A stretch of DNA of 63,758 nucleotides, filler included, from Stramenopiles sp. TOSAG23-3 (Eukaryota), in NCBI GenBank assembly GCA_900128585.1. It is 9 parts of 9 records of this genome, joined end to end, with 100 filler letters (N's around TTAATTAATTAA, not from the genome) between each part and the next. Parts side by side here need not be neighbours in the genome. Positions count along the whole stretch, not along the records: positions 26,020 to 34,579 come from LT643005.1; positions 34,680 to 43,223 come from LT643006.1; 7 more parts are not named here. The stretch is one strand, 5' to 3'. Positions 33,501 through 40,476 of this stretch are shown here, piece after piece. A program made the translations under genes and the position numbers. The stretch's first letter is position 1. Each line of letters starts with the position of its first letter. Below the pieces are notes generated by a model. That model was not told where the DNA came from, ran no database searches, and was given only the letters and a program-made list of their open reading frames with translations.

Positions 33501-34568
33501 CTTCGTCTCTCCTCCACTATGTAAAACTCTTGACGCAAGCTTAAGTGTAGGAATGACGCTTTCTGTTGCGTGATTTGTCCGCTGAGATACGTGGGCAATA
33601 AAAACATTCATGTGATGGGCCAAAAACGACGACTTTAAGACGTATGTAAGTTTCGAGTCTCTGCACGGCAATTGGTTCGTTGTACCATTCGCCCCCACGC
33701 AGCGGAGAAATCCAGACATTGTTTGGGACACATTTTCATCACTCTGGTTTATGGTCATGTCTAACAAATTCACAAATCGAATGTACGATTTATTGCATCT
33801 CCAAGGTGCATTACCAGAACCAATGGAACGCGCTGGGGTGTCTCCACCCAACGCGTTTCGTTGCGGGGCTTTGTCGTCGTCTCGGACGCTTGTCGCGGCT
33901 GGCGAGTTTGGGTTAACTCTGTTCCAGCGTTCTAGCGTATAAGTAACCACCAAATGCCCTGGTACCGCTTTCTGCTTACCCTTTTTCTTCCTAGGATAGA
34001 AGGCGCGTTTGATAATCGGTATAACTTCTTCTGGGCTGTTCAGGTACTTGAGCGACAGATCCGGCACAGCAACGTCGCCTTCGCCCGTTTCTACAGCCCT
34101 CAAATTTTTGTTGTTCGGGTGGATCATATCTACATAAACCTTGTTTGTTACTGAAAGGATCGATAGGGCAAGTTTGTATTTGACCAATGGGGATCGCTTG
34201 GAGGCGTTGATTTTTCTGAACAATTCTTGGGCGACCCTAGGCGCCAACCCTAGTCCCGACTGGAGTTCGGGCCCGGAAGTTTTGCCTAAAATAGTGTACT
34301 TTCTCCCACTCCCCTTTGCCCCGAACGCAAAGACGGTGGAGTTCTTCCCGTTCAGAACATGTTGAACAGACGGTAGTATTGACCCGTAAAGGTCGATTTG
34401 GTTTGTTTTTGGGCCAAAAATTTCGTCAAGTTCAAAACGATACCTTTCACTTTTGGACAAGGAAACCCCAATTACGCCAGTTCCATCCTCATTGGCGCTC
34501 CAAATACTATTCCCAGGGTCATGATGGGGAACAACCCGAGATATGACCTTCCACTTCAAGGAGCTCAT
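30591..34568 (-). CDS. Kinesin-like protein with degenerate motor domain and long coiled coil
   Basis: RFELDEIFGPKTNQIDLY, VLNGKNSTVFAFG, GLGLAPR, PCRDSKLTYVLKSS, TLKLASR; nucleotide-binding motifs are altered; long coiled-coil tail. Confidence 0.85.
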   Translation of the reverse strand: MSSLKWKVISRVVPHHDPGNSIWSANEDGTGVIGVSLSKSERYRFELDEIFGPKTNQIDLYGSILPSVQHVLNGKNSTVFAFGAKGSGRKYTILGKTSGPELQSGLGLAPRVAQELFRKINASKRSPLVKYKLALSILSVTNKVYVDMIHPNNKNLRAVETGEGDVAVPDLSLKYLNSPEEVIPIIKRAFYPRKKKGKQKAVPGHLVVTYTLERWNRVNPNSPAATSVRDDDKAPQRNALGGDTPARSIGSGNAPWRCNKSYIRFVNLLDMTINQSDENVSQTMSGFLRCVGANGTTNQLPCRDSKLTYVLKSSFLAHHMNVFIAHVSQRTNHATESVIPTLKLASRVLHSGGETKRDSTSTKIEPEFGTNSDGAGKWAWVEYSTGEPMDISAVSSFQETGQVQDGTNMDDQAVKEVSTYERTSPSRAERKGGVGEETGSPRNTDQSQSIRMMRPLLKMDGLRGSISLDTPDQLRNLITANAMDELEESLGPIENAPVTEQRSSPQPASTEKELCPDGFVAQQNVVVERDTKPVENEVFTSSLQPEDDEVAALEARLNAQIMGLKLGVGIADAGKQQNGSPGGASPTMTGVEKGSAAADSPTGSSPGSSVKKRISWNSPAKAYSQSYAHVMIPTNAEEPYAHNAQIENTSNTITHLLNQLTERDAAMAKFSSESKSRIEFIMAKYRELDETAGKLWQENSTLRVQLEHFQQTNPPNGVLQAKLEQMVIAHQQVVSENMGLKIELAKITGVAPEDVSMSDDNGDKEKLEEDRKTQLEKIEGLEKSLQLQSEANKRLNEKCEVSKKKNKVLTQDNETQLKEIAGLQTKLHQAVESKESSERKLKIEQSALAEERKSAKDTKASLQAMEETHKAQRKMELAETAARETEMEQLRIALSKASNELRLVSDRSSSLENKIKSEELGSAQMRQMISDSMNQLQAAHSAETSRLVSMNTSLGQQLQISRSRIQELTNALAKTEQNNRNLIGNLEITEGKLQSAEASLLETKQNWAEEMTEVKVTNSREVTSLHTERESLIRRLAQANEERDEMTDRIISIESALRQEKNARERSDLASKTYHQQIQTSDKQLDQVVHEKEAQISELEKTITSKEADLQASIESRRELFERMELLKSKMSMAMATNEKLLHNAKTSADEYMQKNIQLLQEKQALALREEHSRMRQHELEKNVDRLNARVSSLQGADKIVSSKLNGAMQQITSLMNAKAVVEASMASSTLSDSGNADLELTRAQVIIKNKERELGICKRESDTLAREANEARSESQSLLAEVGGLRLKVETLRHEKAKLKKSFERSQAALGKALTECQNLLNAR

Positions 34569-34579
34569 TTTATACGTGC

Positions 34580-34679
34580 NNNNNNNNNNNNNNNNNNNNN
34601 NNNNNNNNNNNNNNNNNNNNNNNTTAATTAATTAANNNNNNNNNNNNNNNNNNNNNNNNNNNNNNNNNNNNNNNNNNNN
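34580..34679. other. Artificial contig spacer
   Basis: N44-TTAATTAATTAA-N44. Confidence 0.98.
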
Positions 34680-34724
34680 TAGTCTATTGGCTATATAATA
34701 ATAAATATATTGTTGATGATATTA

Positions 34725-34742
34725 TTAGGGTTAGGGTTAGGG
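34725..34742 (+). repeat. (TTAGGG)3 telomere-type repeat
   Basis: ttagggttagggttaggg, 45 bp from the contig start. Confidence 0.6.
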
Positions 34743-34855
34743 TCTCTTGAGACGCAGACAACTAAAATTTTGGAGTGCTGTTGACAGGGTGGTAAATGTA
34801 CTAAATACAAAAGGCCACGATATTGTATTAAATTAATGCGATGTTCCATACTTTT

Positions 34856-35175
34856 TCCTCATGTACCGCGAAAATGAATCTGCTCCTTTTGTCCATTAAA
34901 GGTTTACGTTCCTTCATGTACTGCGAACTTATCTCTGCTCTCGTGGTTTTACTAATCAATATTCCCTTGTCACTTAGTCTTTATAATCATTCTCAGATGT
35001 ACTCCATGCATAATACGAATCGGTAGGTGGATTGGCAATGCTTTCAAATGACCCATAGTCAACTTCCTCATCCGGTGTCTCACTCATAGATGAATCAGTC
35101 CTTGTGTGGTTTTCCGAGCAGCGGAGCAGCGGCGTAATTGTTTTATAGGTGCTCGTTGTCTGTCTTGTAAATCTC
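34856..35175 (+). mobile_element. Dispersed repeat family, long internal copy
   Basis: CCTCATGTACCGCGAAAATGAATCTG...CCCTTGTCACTTAGTC...ACTCCATGCAT...GTCTTGTAAATC, shared with copies at about 47270-47515, 53440-53640 and 61165-61385. Confidence 0.85.
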
Positions 35176-35202
35176 TTAAATTAATAAACTTTATCTTGTT
35201 GT

Positions 35203-37176
35203 CTACCAGTATGAATAGGCACCGGAAAATTCAACACGCACGCTCGAGGATTCACCTGTAACTGTTTTAACTGCCAGTTTTGCATCTTGAACTAGCGAAG
35301 TTGGTCCACAAGCAGCCACTGCCAAGTCTTGGCTATTCAAACCTGCCGTCGCCGCACGTACAAGCGGTACAAGATTAGGCCTCCCCAATACTATGTCATG
35401 GGGCTGTCGTTCCTCATCATAAACTTGCATGGGCGAAGCTGTTTTAAGCATCTGCAAATACGAGTAACTATGCGTTTTACACCTGGCCACGCGAAAAATA
35501 CTGCAGGCGACAGCCCAAACAAACCATACGGATCCAATGACGCTAAGCATCGGCAATAACCGCCGCAATAAAGTGTAGCTAAACATGGTTAGCTCGTAAG
35601 ACGGTATCTTGTGTAAATGCTGAAACCATAAATATAGAACTCCGAGTGCTGTCAATGTTGCTATTAGAGGCGTCGCCATAAAAAACAAAGTGTCTTTTAA
35701 TTCAGGATGGGCGATTGGGCTATGAAAATTTTTCCGGCTATATGGTGATTCACTCGATGCATCGATGTCCCTTGCCTTGGATCGGGTGATATGTACGGTG
35801 ATCCGTATATGCGGTGATGATGGTAGTCTCTCAGCAAGTGCTCGGTAATCTGCCCAGTGTTGCACGCACCACACGAGATGGCAGGGTCGCCCGGACTCGC
35901 TAGCAGTGGCCAACCCGGGCAACCATCCATTGAGCCCTGTACCACCTGCTATGAGCAGCAAAGCCACACCGTTGTCATGCTCGAATGACCAGTGTCCCCC
36001 ACCAGTAGAGTAAGGGCCTGATACAGCTGCTTTGAAATTGCATACCTGCGATTGAGCAAGATTGGCTAGACGTTTTGACCAGTCACCAGCCTTGGCAGAG
36101 ATGATAGCGGAGAGCAACTGTTTATCCCCGTTGTCCGTCAAAACAATAGAAAGTGGATGCACTTCTCTTCCTAGTGGTACTACTCTTATCAACGCCCATT
36201 GCCCCCTTTTTGTCAAACAGTGGCTGATGGTTTTGCCACAGTCAATTGTCACTTCCACCCAAGGGCCGGAGGTGCCGGGAAGGATTCGAGCATTCCCTGA
36301 TAACAACCGTGGAGAACAGGACAAGCTTTTGTTGCCCCTGCACCACGAGAATATTCCGGCACAAAAACATGCCAAACCTGGGACTGCAAAAATCAACATC
36401 TGCAAATCATGTAGGCAAATAAAGAGAAAAAATAGCGCTGCAAGTGACAGATGAAATCGCTGAAACACGTGGTAGTAAAGTTGTCTCACCTTGGGCAAGG
36501 CAGTCGCTCCCAACAGCAACAAAATAAAAAATTTATCCAAGTTGACCGGAAAACAGTCATCCCAAAGTCGACGCCAGCCTCCCAAATACAAATAAAACAC
36601 AAAATATATACACGAGTGCAATATCGATTGAAATGCGCACCACCACCCAAATAACCGGTGTAGTGGGATTCCATCTGCGTATCCCAGGAATCCATTCGTG
36701 GCCCCTAGTAGCCACGTAGCTTCCGCACGGGCGGTAAGAAGAAGGCAGAGGCCGAAATCTAGTCGCGCAAGGCGAGCAGAGGCAACCCCAACTCCATCGA
36801 GTAGCGTATATACATAGTCACACTCCAAAGCCGAAATTGGCTCTGAACTACAATTCCAAGGCACCGTGGCGACGGGGATTATGTTCGGAACAGTATTTAG
36901 GAGCACGGGCAGCCACTGGACTATATTTCGAGTACCTACAGTTTTCCATCGGTAGTTACTGTTACCAGTGTGCCTAACGCTTGCCAGCAGAAATAAAAAA
37001 CACGAGACAGCTCCAGAAATTACGAGCTGCTGCGTTTCCCAACTCTGGAAAAGGATAGAGCCATTTAGAAAAACCCGAGGGATAAATTCTCCGAGTAAAC
37101 ACCACGCGGAAATTAGTATCGTGGCACCCTGCAAGGCCCACTCAGCGCGCGAAGCATTCTCCTTTCCAGGAAACAT
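35203..37176 (-). CDS. Ferric reductase (FRE/FRO-type flavocytochrome b)
   Basis: Heme-ligand histidines (LHRLFG, LHSCIY, RFHL, CLHD); FAD motif HPLSI; GPY; NAD motifs LLLIAGGTG and ACGP; two extra TM helices before GRPNL as in plant FROs. First ATG is 37176 (track start 37365 is TTG). Confidence 0.88.
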   Translation of the reverse strand: MFPGKENASRAEWALQGATILISAWCLLGEFIPRVFLNGSILFQSWETQQLVISGAVSCFLFLLASVRHTGNSNYRWKTVGTRNIVQWLPVLLNTVPNIIPVATVPWNCSSEPISALECDYVYTLLDGVGVASARLARLDFGLCLLLTARAEATWLLGATNGFLGYADGIPLHRLFGWWCAFQSILHSCIYFVFYLYLGGWRRLWDDCFPVNLDKFFILLLLGATALPKVRQLYYHVFQRFHLSLAALFFLFICLHDLQMLIFAVPGLACFCAGIFSWCRGNKSLSCSPRLLSGNARILPGTSGPWVEVTIDCGKTISHCLTKRGQWALIRVVPLGREVHPLSIVLTDNGDKQLLSAIISAKAGDWSKRLANLAQSQVCNFKAAVSGPYSTGGGHWSFEHDNGVALLLIAGGTGLNGWLPGLATASESGRPCHLVWCVQHWADYRALAERLPSSPHIRITVHITRSKARDIDASSESPYSRKNFHSPIAHPELKDTLFFMATPLIATLTALGVLYLWFQHLHKIPSYELTMFSYTLLRRLLPMLSVIGSVWFVWAVACSIFRVARCKTHSYSYLQMLKTASPMQVYDEERQPHDIVLGRPNLVPLVRAATAGLNSQDLAVAACGPTSLVQDAKLAVKTVTGESSSVRVEFSGAYSYW

Positions 37177-37345
37177 CACAGAATTGGCTATCAACTGCAG
37201 TAAATCTACTTCCAAACCATTACCCTGTATGCCACATCGAATGCTTCTCTCTTCTAGCCGTTGTTGACCATGCTTATAATGACTTTCTAGTTCCCTATTA
37301 AATGTATTGGTTTTCAAATGTGTGGTAACATTATTACGAAGATAC

Positions 37346-37379
37346 GGTAAACCGGGTATAAACAAAAAACAAAAGAAAA
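37346..37379 (+). repeat. Left arm of a 34-bp inverted repeat (partner 40218-40251)
   Basis: GGTAAACCGGGTATAAACAAAAAACAAAAGAAAA versus the reverse complement of 40218-40251, one mismatch. Followed by NNN. Confidence 0.9.
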
Positions 37380-37491
37380 NNNAATAACAGCATTACACCA
37401 TGATGATTGGAATCAAAGGCCTATTTTTTTATTTTTTGATGATAGTTCTTGGCTCTAACTTGGGTTGTTGCGAGTTGCGAAGCGAAAAAAT

Positions 37492-37556
37492 GACCAGCCG
37501 CTTTTTTTAATGCTATTTCCATGTTTTATTTTTTTGATGATAGTCGTCGTTTGCTA
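37492..37556 (+). repeat. 65-bp direct repeat, copy 1
   Basis: GACCAGCCGCTTTTTTTAATGCTATTTCCATG...GATAGTCGTCGTTTGCTA, identical to 39987-40051. Confidence 0.95.
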
Positions 37557-37673
37557 ACCACCCCCTTTCTTCCAACTATTATGTACCATAAGAGACCAGC
37601 CTCTTCTGCTTGTCCACACATTCTTGTATATCATATCTTAACTTCTATAATTATCAGTACCACAATAAACTTA

Positions 37674-37702
37674 TATGATTTGATTGGCCAACGCAACTCA
37701 AA
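37674..37702 (+). repeat. 29-bp direct repeat containing GATTGG (reverse CCAAT), copy 1
   Basis: TATGATTTGATTGGCCAACGCAACTCAAA versus 38471-38499, two mismatches. Confidence 0.9.
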
Positions 37703-37711
37703 CTGACCAGA

Positions 37712-38077
37712 ATGAGCGGTTTCATCTGTAGAAAGGACGGCGACTACTGCGAAGCGCACGGCGGTGCACCCCCCGGGTGCTCCACGGCACCACGGCGAGC
37801 CTGCGGCACCATTGCCAGACCAGGCGGCGGATTTCGATCGTTTACCATGATCCGTACTGCCGACACCACCGTCGCTAATAAAAAGCCAGCTGCTCCCGTC
37901 GCTACTAGTGATGACACATTTTCTGCGGCATCGGAAAACAACGTTCAAACGATTATGGGACCTGGAAGGCTTGTGAAGGAGCGCCAAGACGGTACCCATG
38001 TGGTAGAATTGTCTTGGAGGCTGGCGCACGGTGCTAAAGCATTGCTTTACACAACTAAACTTGCAAAGGCTTCATAA
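37712..38077 (+). CDS. Small protein with Cys/His N-terminus and SH3-like C-terminal module
   Basis: ATG start, GC-rich coding-like composition. CRKDGDYCEAH..C..C; VQTIMGPGRLVKERQDGTHVVELSWRLAHGAKALLY. Confidence 0.7.
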   Translation: MSGFICRKDGDYCEAHGGAPPGCSTAPRRACGTIARPGGGFRSFTMIRTADTTVANKKPAAPVATSDDTFSAASENNVQTIMGPGRLVKERQDGTHVVELSWRLAHGAKALLYTTKLAKAS

Positions 38078-38185
38078 GAGACCGGTGCGTTCAATGCCAT
38101 TCGATACAAGAAACGACTGTATATTTGGCCCGTTGAAGTGGACATCTCGTATGGACGCAGCCTTCGTCATCAACTGACTAAGGAT

Positions 38186-38449
38186 ATGCCGTGCCGGGAC
38201 GCAAAGTTAAAAGAACAAGAGTGGAACCTATACCTATTGGAAGAGAAGAAGCAAGACGCTGAAATTAACGCTATCAAAAAGGAAATTGTCCGACTGGATC
38301 GAATTGGTCGCGGCGTTGGTAAGGCATACCACCCCAATGCCTTGAAAACGAAGGACACCAAATTGAAGGAGGCGAAGCGTATGCTACGGGAATTGGAACA
38401 GAAGAAGCAGGAGAGTGGACCAGTTGCTGGTAGAACGAGGAATTATTAA
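38186..38449 (+). CDS. Short coiled-coil ORF (possible gene fragment)
   Basis: K/E-rich helical sequence from ATG 38186 (track start 38138 is GTG); no recognised domain. Confidence 0.35.
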   Translation: MPCRDAKLKEQEWNLYLLEEKKQDAEINAIKKEIVRLDRIGRGVGKAYHPNALKTKDTKLKEAKRMLRELEQKKQESGPVAGRTRNY

Positions 38450-38470
38450 AATTTAAATTTCATTAATCCT

Positions 38471-38499
38471 TATGGTTTGATTGGCCAACGCAACTTAAA
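38471..38499 (+). repeat. 29-bp direct repeat, copy 2
   Basis: TATGGTTTGATTGGCCAACGCAACTTAAA. Confidence 0.9.
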
Positions 38500-38589
38500 G
38501 CAGTCAGGATTGAACAGCAATTTTCTCACCGTGTCTCGCATCACGTACTGTTTGAGCACTCTTTTAGAGCTGTTTTCCACCCGCCGTGC

Positions 38590-39819
38590 TCAAATATCAC
38601 TTCTGACAAACACATCGTCGTCCTTGGGTCCCCAAACATTCGTTCCGTCCTCAAGTTCGATACGGTACGGGTTCCCATCGTCCCAGACCTTTATGATACG
38701 GCCGGGCGTCCACCCAGCCCCAGTTCGCGCACGTACTTTGTCGCCCACTTTGAAGCGCAATGGCTTGTCGTCGACTCGGCACGCATTTACACCAGCGATG
38801 AGAGCCTCGCGGTCCAGGTTGCGCCCGATAAAGACGAAACGACACTCGCGTGTTTCGCTCCCCCACGACAATTCCGAGAACCCGCCCTGGAAGAGCATTC
38901 CGACCCCCTGAAAGATGAACTTTAAGTCCATGCCCTTGCAGGCCAGTACACCTTTGTACCGAAATAGATCCGCGCCCTTTGTGCGCAAGAGTGTGTTTAT
39001 CCAGTCTTCCAGAGCATTTGTCAGAAGCTCGCCTTCGAACTTGACGGAGCAGCTTGTCACACTCAGGTCGTGCTGGTGTTCCTCGTCAAAGTTGGTAAGG
39101 AAGTCAGGCTCGAAGTCCAGCACACGTCGGACGTCGAAAGCGCCAACTCCAAGCAGCCTGTTCCAGTCAACCTTGCTCTGTGTCGAGCGAATGATAGACG
39201 CGGTCGGGTTGAACTCGCGGATTCGACCTTCAATCTTCTTTAACTCGGTCTCCTCGGGTACCAGATCTACCTTGTTAAGGAGAACAATGTCGGCAAACGC
39301 GAGCTGCTCCTGGGCCTCGTTTTCGACCCCTTCCGGTTTCTCGTCGTCGAGGCGGATCTCCAAATGCTTCGCATCCACAACGGTAATGATGGCGTCCAGA
39401 GCGTACATCTTCTGTATCTCCGGGTCGATCAGAAAGGTTTGCGCCACGGGCGCTGGGTCTGCAAGTCCAGTGGTTTCAATGATGATACCATCGAACTTGG
39501 AAACCTTCGCGTACAACTTCTTGAGGGTTACCACGAGGTCGCCGCGCACCGTGCAGCATATGCACCCATTCATAACCTCGATGATTTCTTCGTCAACACG
39601 TTCCTTAATTTTATCGGTGCCAAGAATCTTCTCGTCGATTCCAACTTCACCAAATTCATTTTCGATGATTGCAAAGCGCAAGCCATGGTCCTCGGATAGC
39701 AGGTGGTTGAGCAAGGTAGTCTTTCCAGCGCCAAGGAAGCCCGTCAGCACTGTTACCGGGACACGCCCTCCGAGGGAGTTCTTATACTTCGCTTTTGTAT
39801 CTGCCGCGTTAGCTGCCAT
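38590..39819 (-). CDS. COG0523/CobW-family (ZNG1-like) G3E GTPase metal chaperone with C-terminal SH3-like extension
   Basis: PVTVLTGFLGAGKTTLLN, IIENEFGE, GCICCT, IETTGLADP, NKVD, CobW_C (LFRYKG...FVFIGRNLD), then LRFKVGDKV...W..G......W..GNPYRIEL. Confidence 0.95.
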   Translation of the reverse strand: MAANAADTKAKYKNSLGGRVPVTVLTGFLGAGKTTLLNHLLSEDHGLRFAIIENEFGEVGIDEKILGTDKIKERVDEEIIEVMNGCICCTVRGDLVVTLKKLYAKVSKFDGIIIETTGLADPAPVAQTFLIDPEIQKMYALDAIITVVDAKHLEIRLDDEKPEGVENEAQEQLAFADIVLLNKVDLVPEETELKKIEGRIREFNPTASIIRSTQSKVDWNRLLGVGAFDVRRVLDFEPDFLTNFDEEHQHDLSVTSCSVKFEGELLTNALEDWINTLLRTKGADLFRYKGVLACKGMDLKFIFQGVGMLFQGGFSELSWGSETRECRFVFIGRNLDREALIAGVNACRVDDKPLRFKVGDKVRARTGAGWTPGRIIKVWDDGNPYRIELEDGTNVWGPKDDDVFVRSDI

Positions 39820-39986
39820 TGTCTGTTTTACAAATTTGTTGTTCGTACTGTGATTTAAGAGTTTCAGTTTGAATTTAGGTTTACAATTTTACACTTATCC
39901 TGGTAATTATTTTTAATCGTTGAATGAATACACATGTACAAAAGTAAAGAACACAACGAGGAGGTACCGGTACGGGTACGGGTACG

Positions 39987-40051
39987 GACCAGCCGCTTTT
40001 TTTAATGCTATTTCCATGTTTTATTTTTTTGATGATAGTCGTCGTTTGCTA
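39987..40051 (+). repeat. 65-bp direct repeat, copy 2
   Basis: Identical to 37492-37556. Confidence 0.95.
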
Positions 40052-40217
40052 GCTCTAAAAAAAGGGATTCCTCCACCATCCATCATATCCCCAGAAAAAA
40101 AAATAATAATTAAGGTTGTTTTAACTAAAAAAAAAAGATTATACTGTACCGGTAGTCTATTCTTTTTTTGTAGAAAGTGCTAGCGTGGCACATTATTGTT
40201 TTTTATTGAAAAAATTG

Positions 40218-40251
40218 TTTTCTTTTGTTATTTGTTTATACCCGGTTTACC
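40218..40251 (-). repeat. Right arm of the 34-bp inverted repeat
   Basis: Reverse complement is GGTAAACCGGGTATAAACAAATAACAAAAGAAAA. Confidence 0.9.
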
Positions 40252-40476
40252 ATATATGCGCGGGTAAAAATAAGTAAGTATAATTTTAATTATTTTTTTT
40301 ATACTCCATCCAGATAGGATTAGGGTTGGAACTGAAATAGTAATTGATTTAAAATGAGAGTCTTAAAGCATACTATATAATTTGTTTTTTTTAATACAAA
40401 ATGCTTTTTATGACACACTCTCCGGTCACTCATGAAGGTTTTAAGGACGGGGTTGCTCATGAAAGGAAGGGGTTAC

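Noticed and set aside
34725-34742. A true chromosome end
   Set aside because: Only three units, internal to the contig, and the G-rich strand points inward rather than toward the contig end.
21798-34742. Functional link between TEN1 and the TTAGGG tract
   Set aside because: They lie on different contigs, so the proximity is artificial.
34856-35175. Penelope-like element or hammerhead ribozyme in the dispersed repeat
   Set aside because: No CTGATGA...GAAA core and no RT or GIY-YIG remnant seen.
37177-37365. N-terminal extension of the ferric reductase from the TTG in the ORF track
   Set aside because: Non-ATG start lying inside the inverted repeat; a eukaryotic start at ATG 37176 is more plausible. 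Other track starts at TTG/GTG were adjusted likewise.
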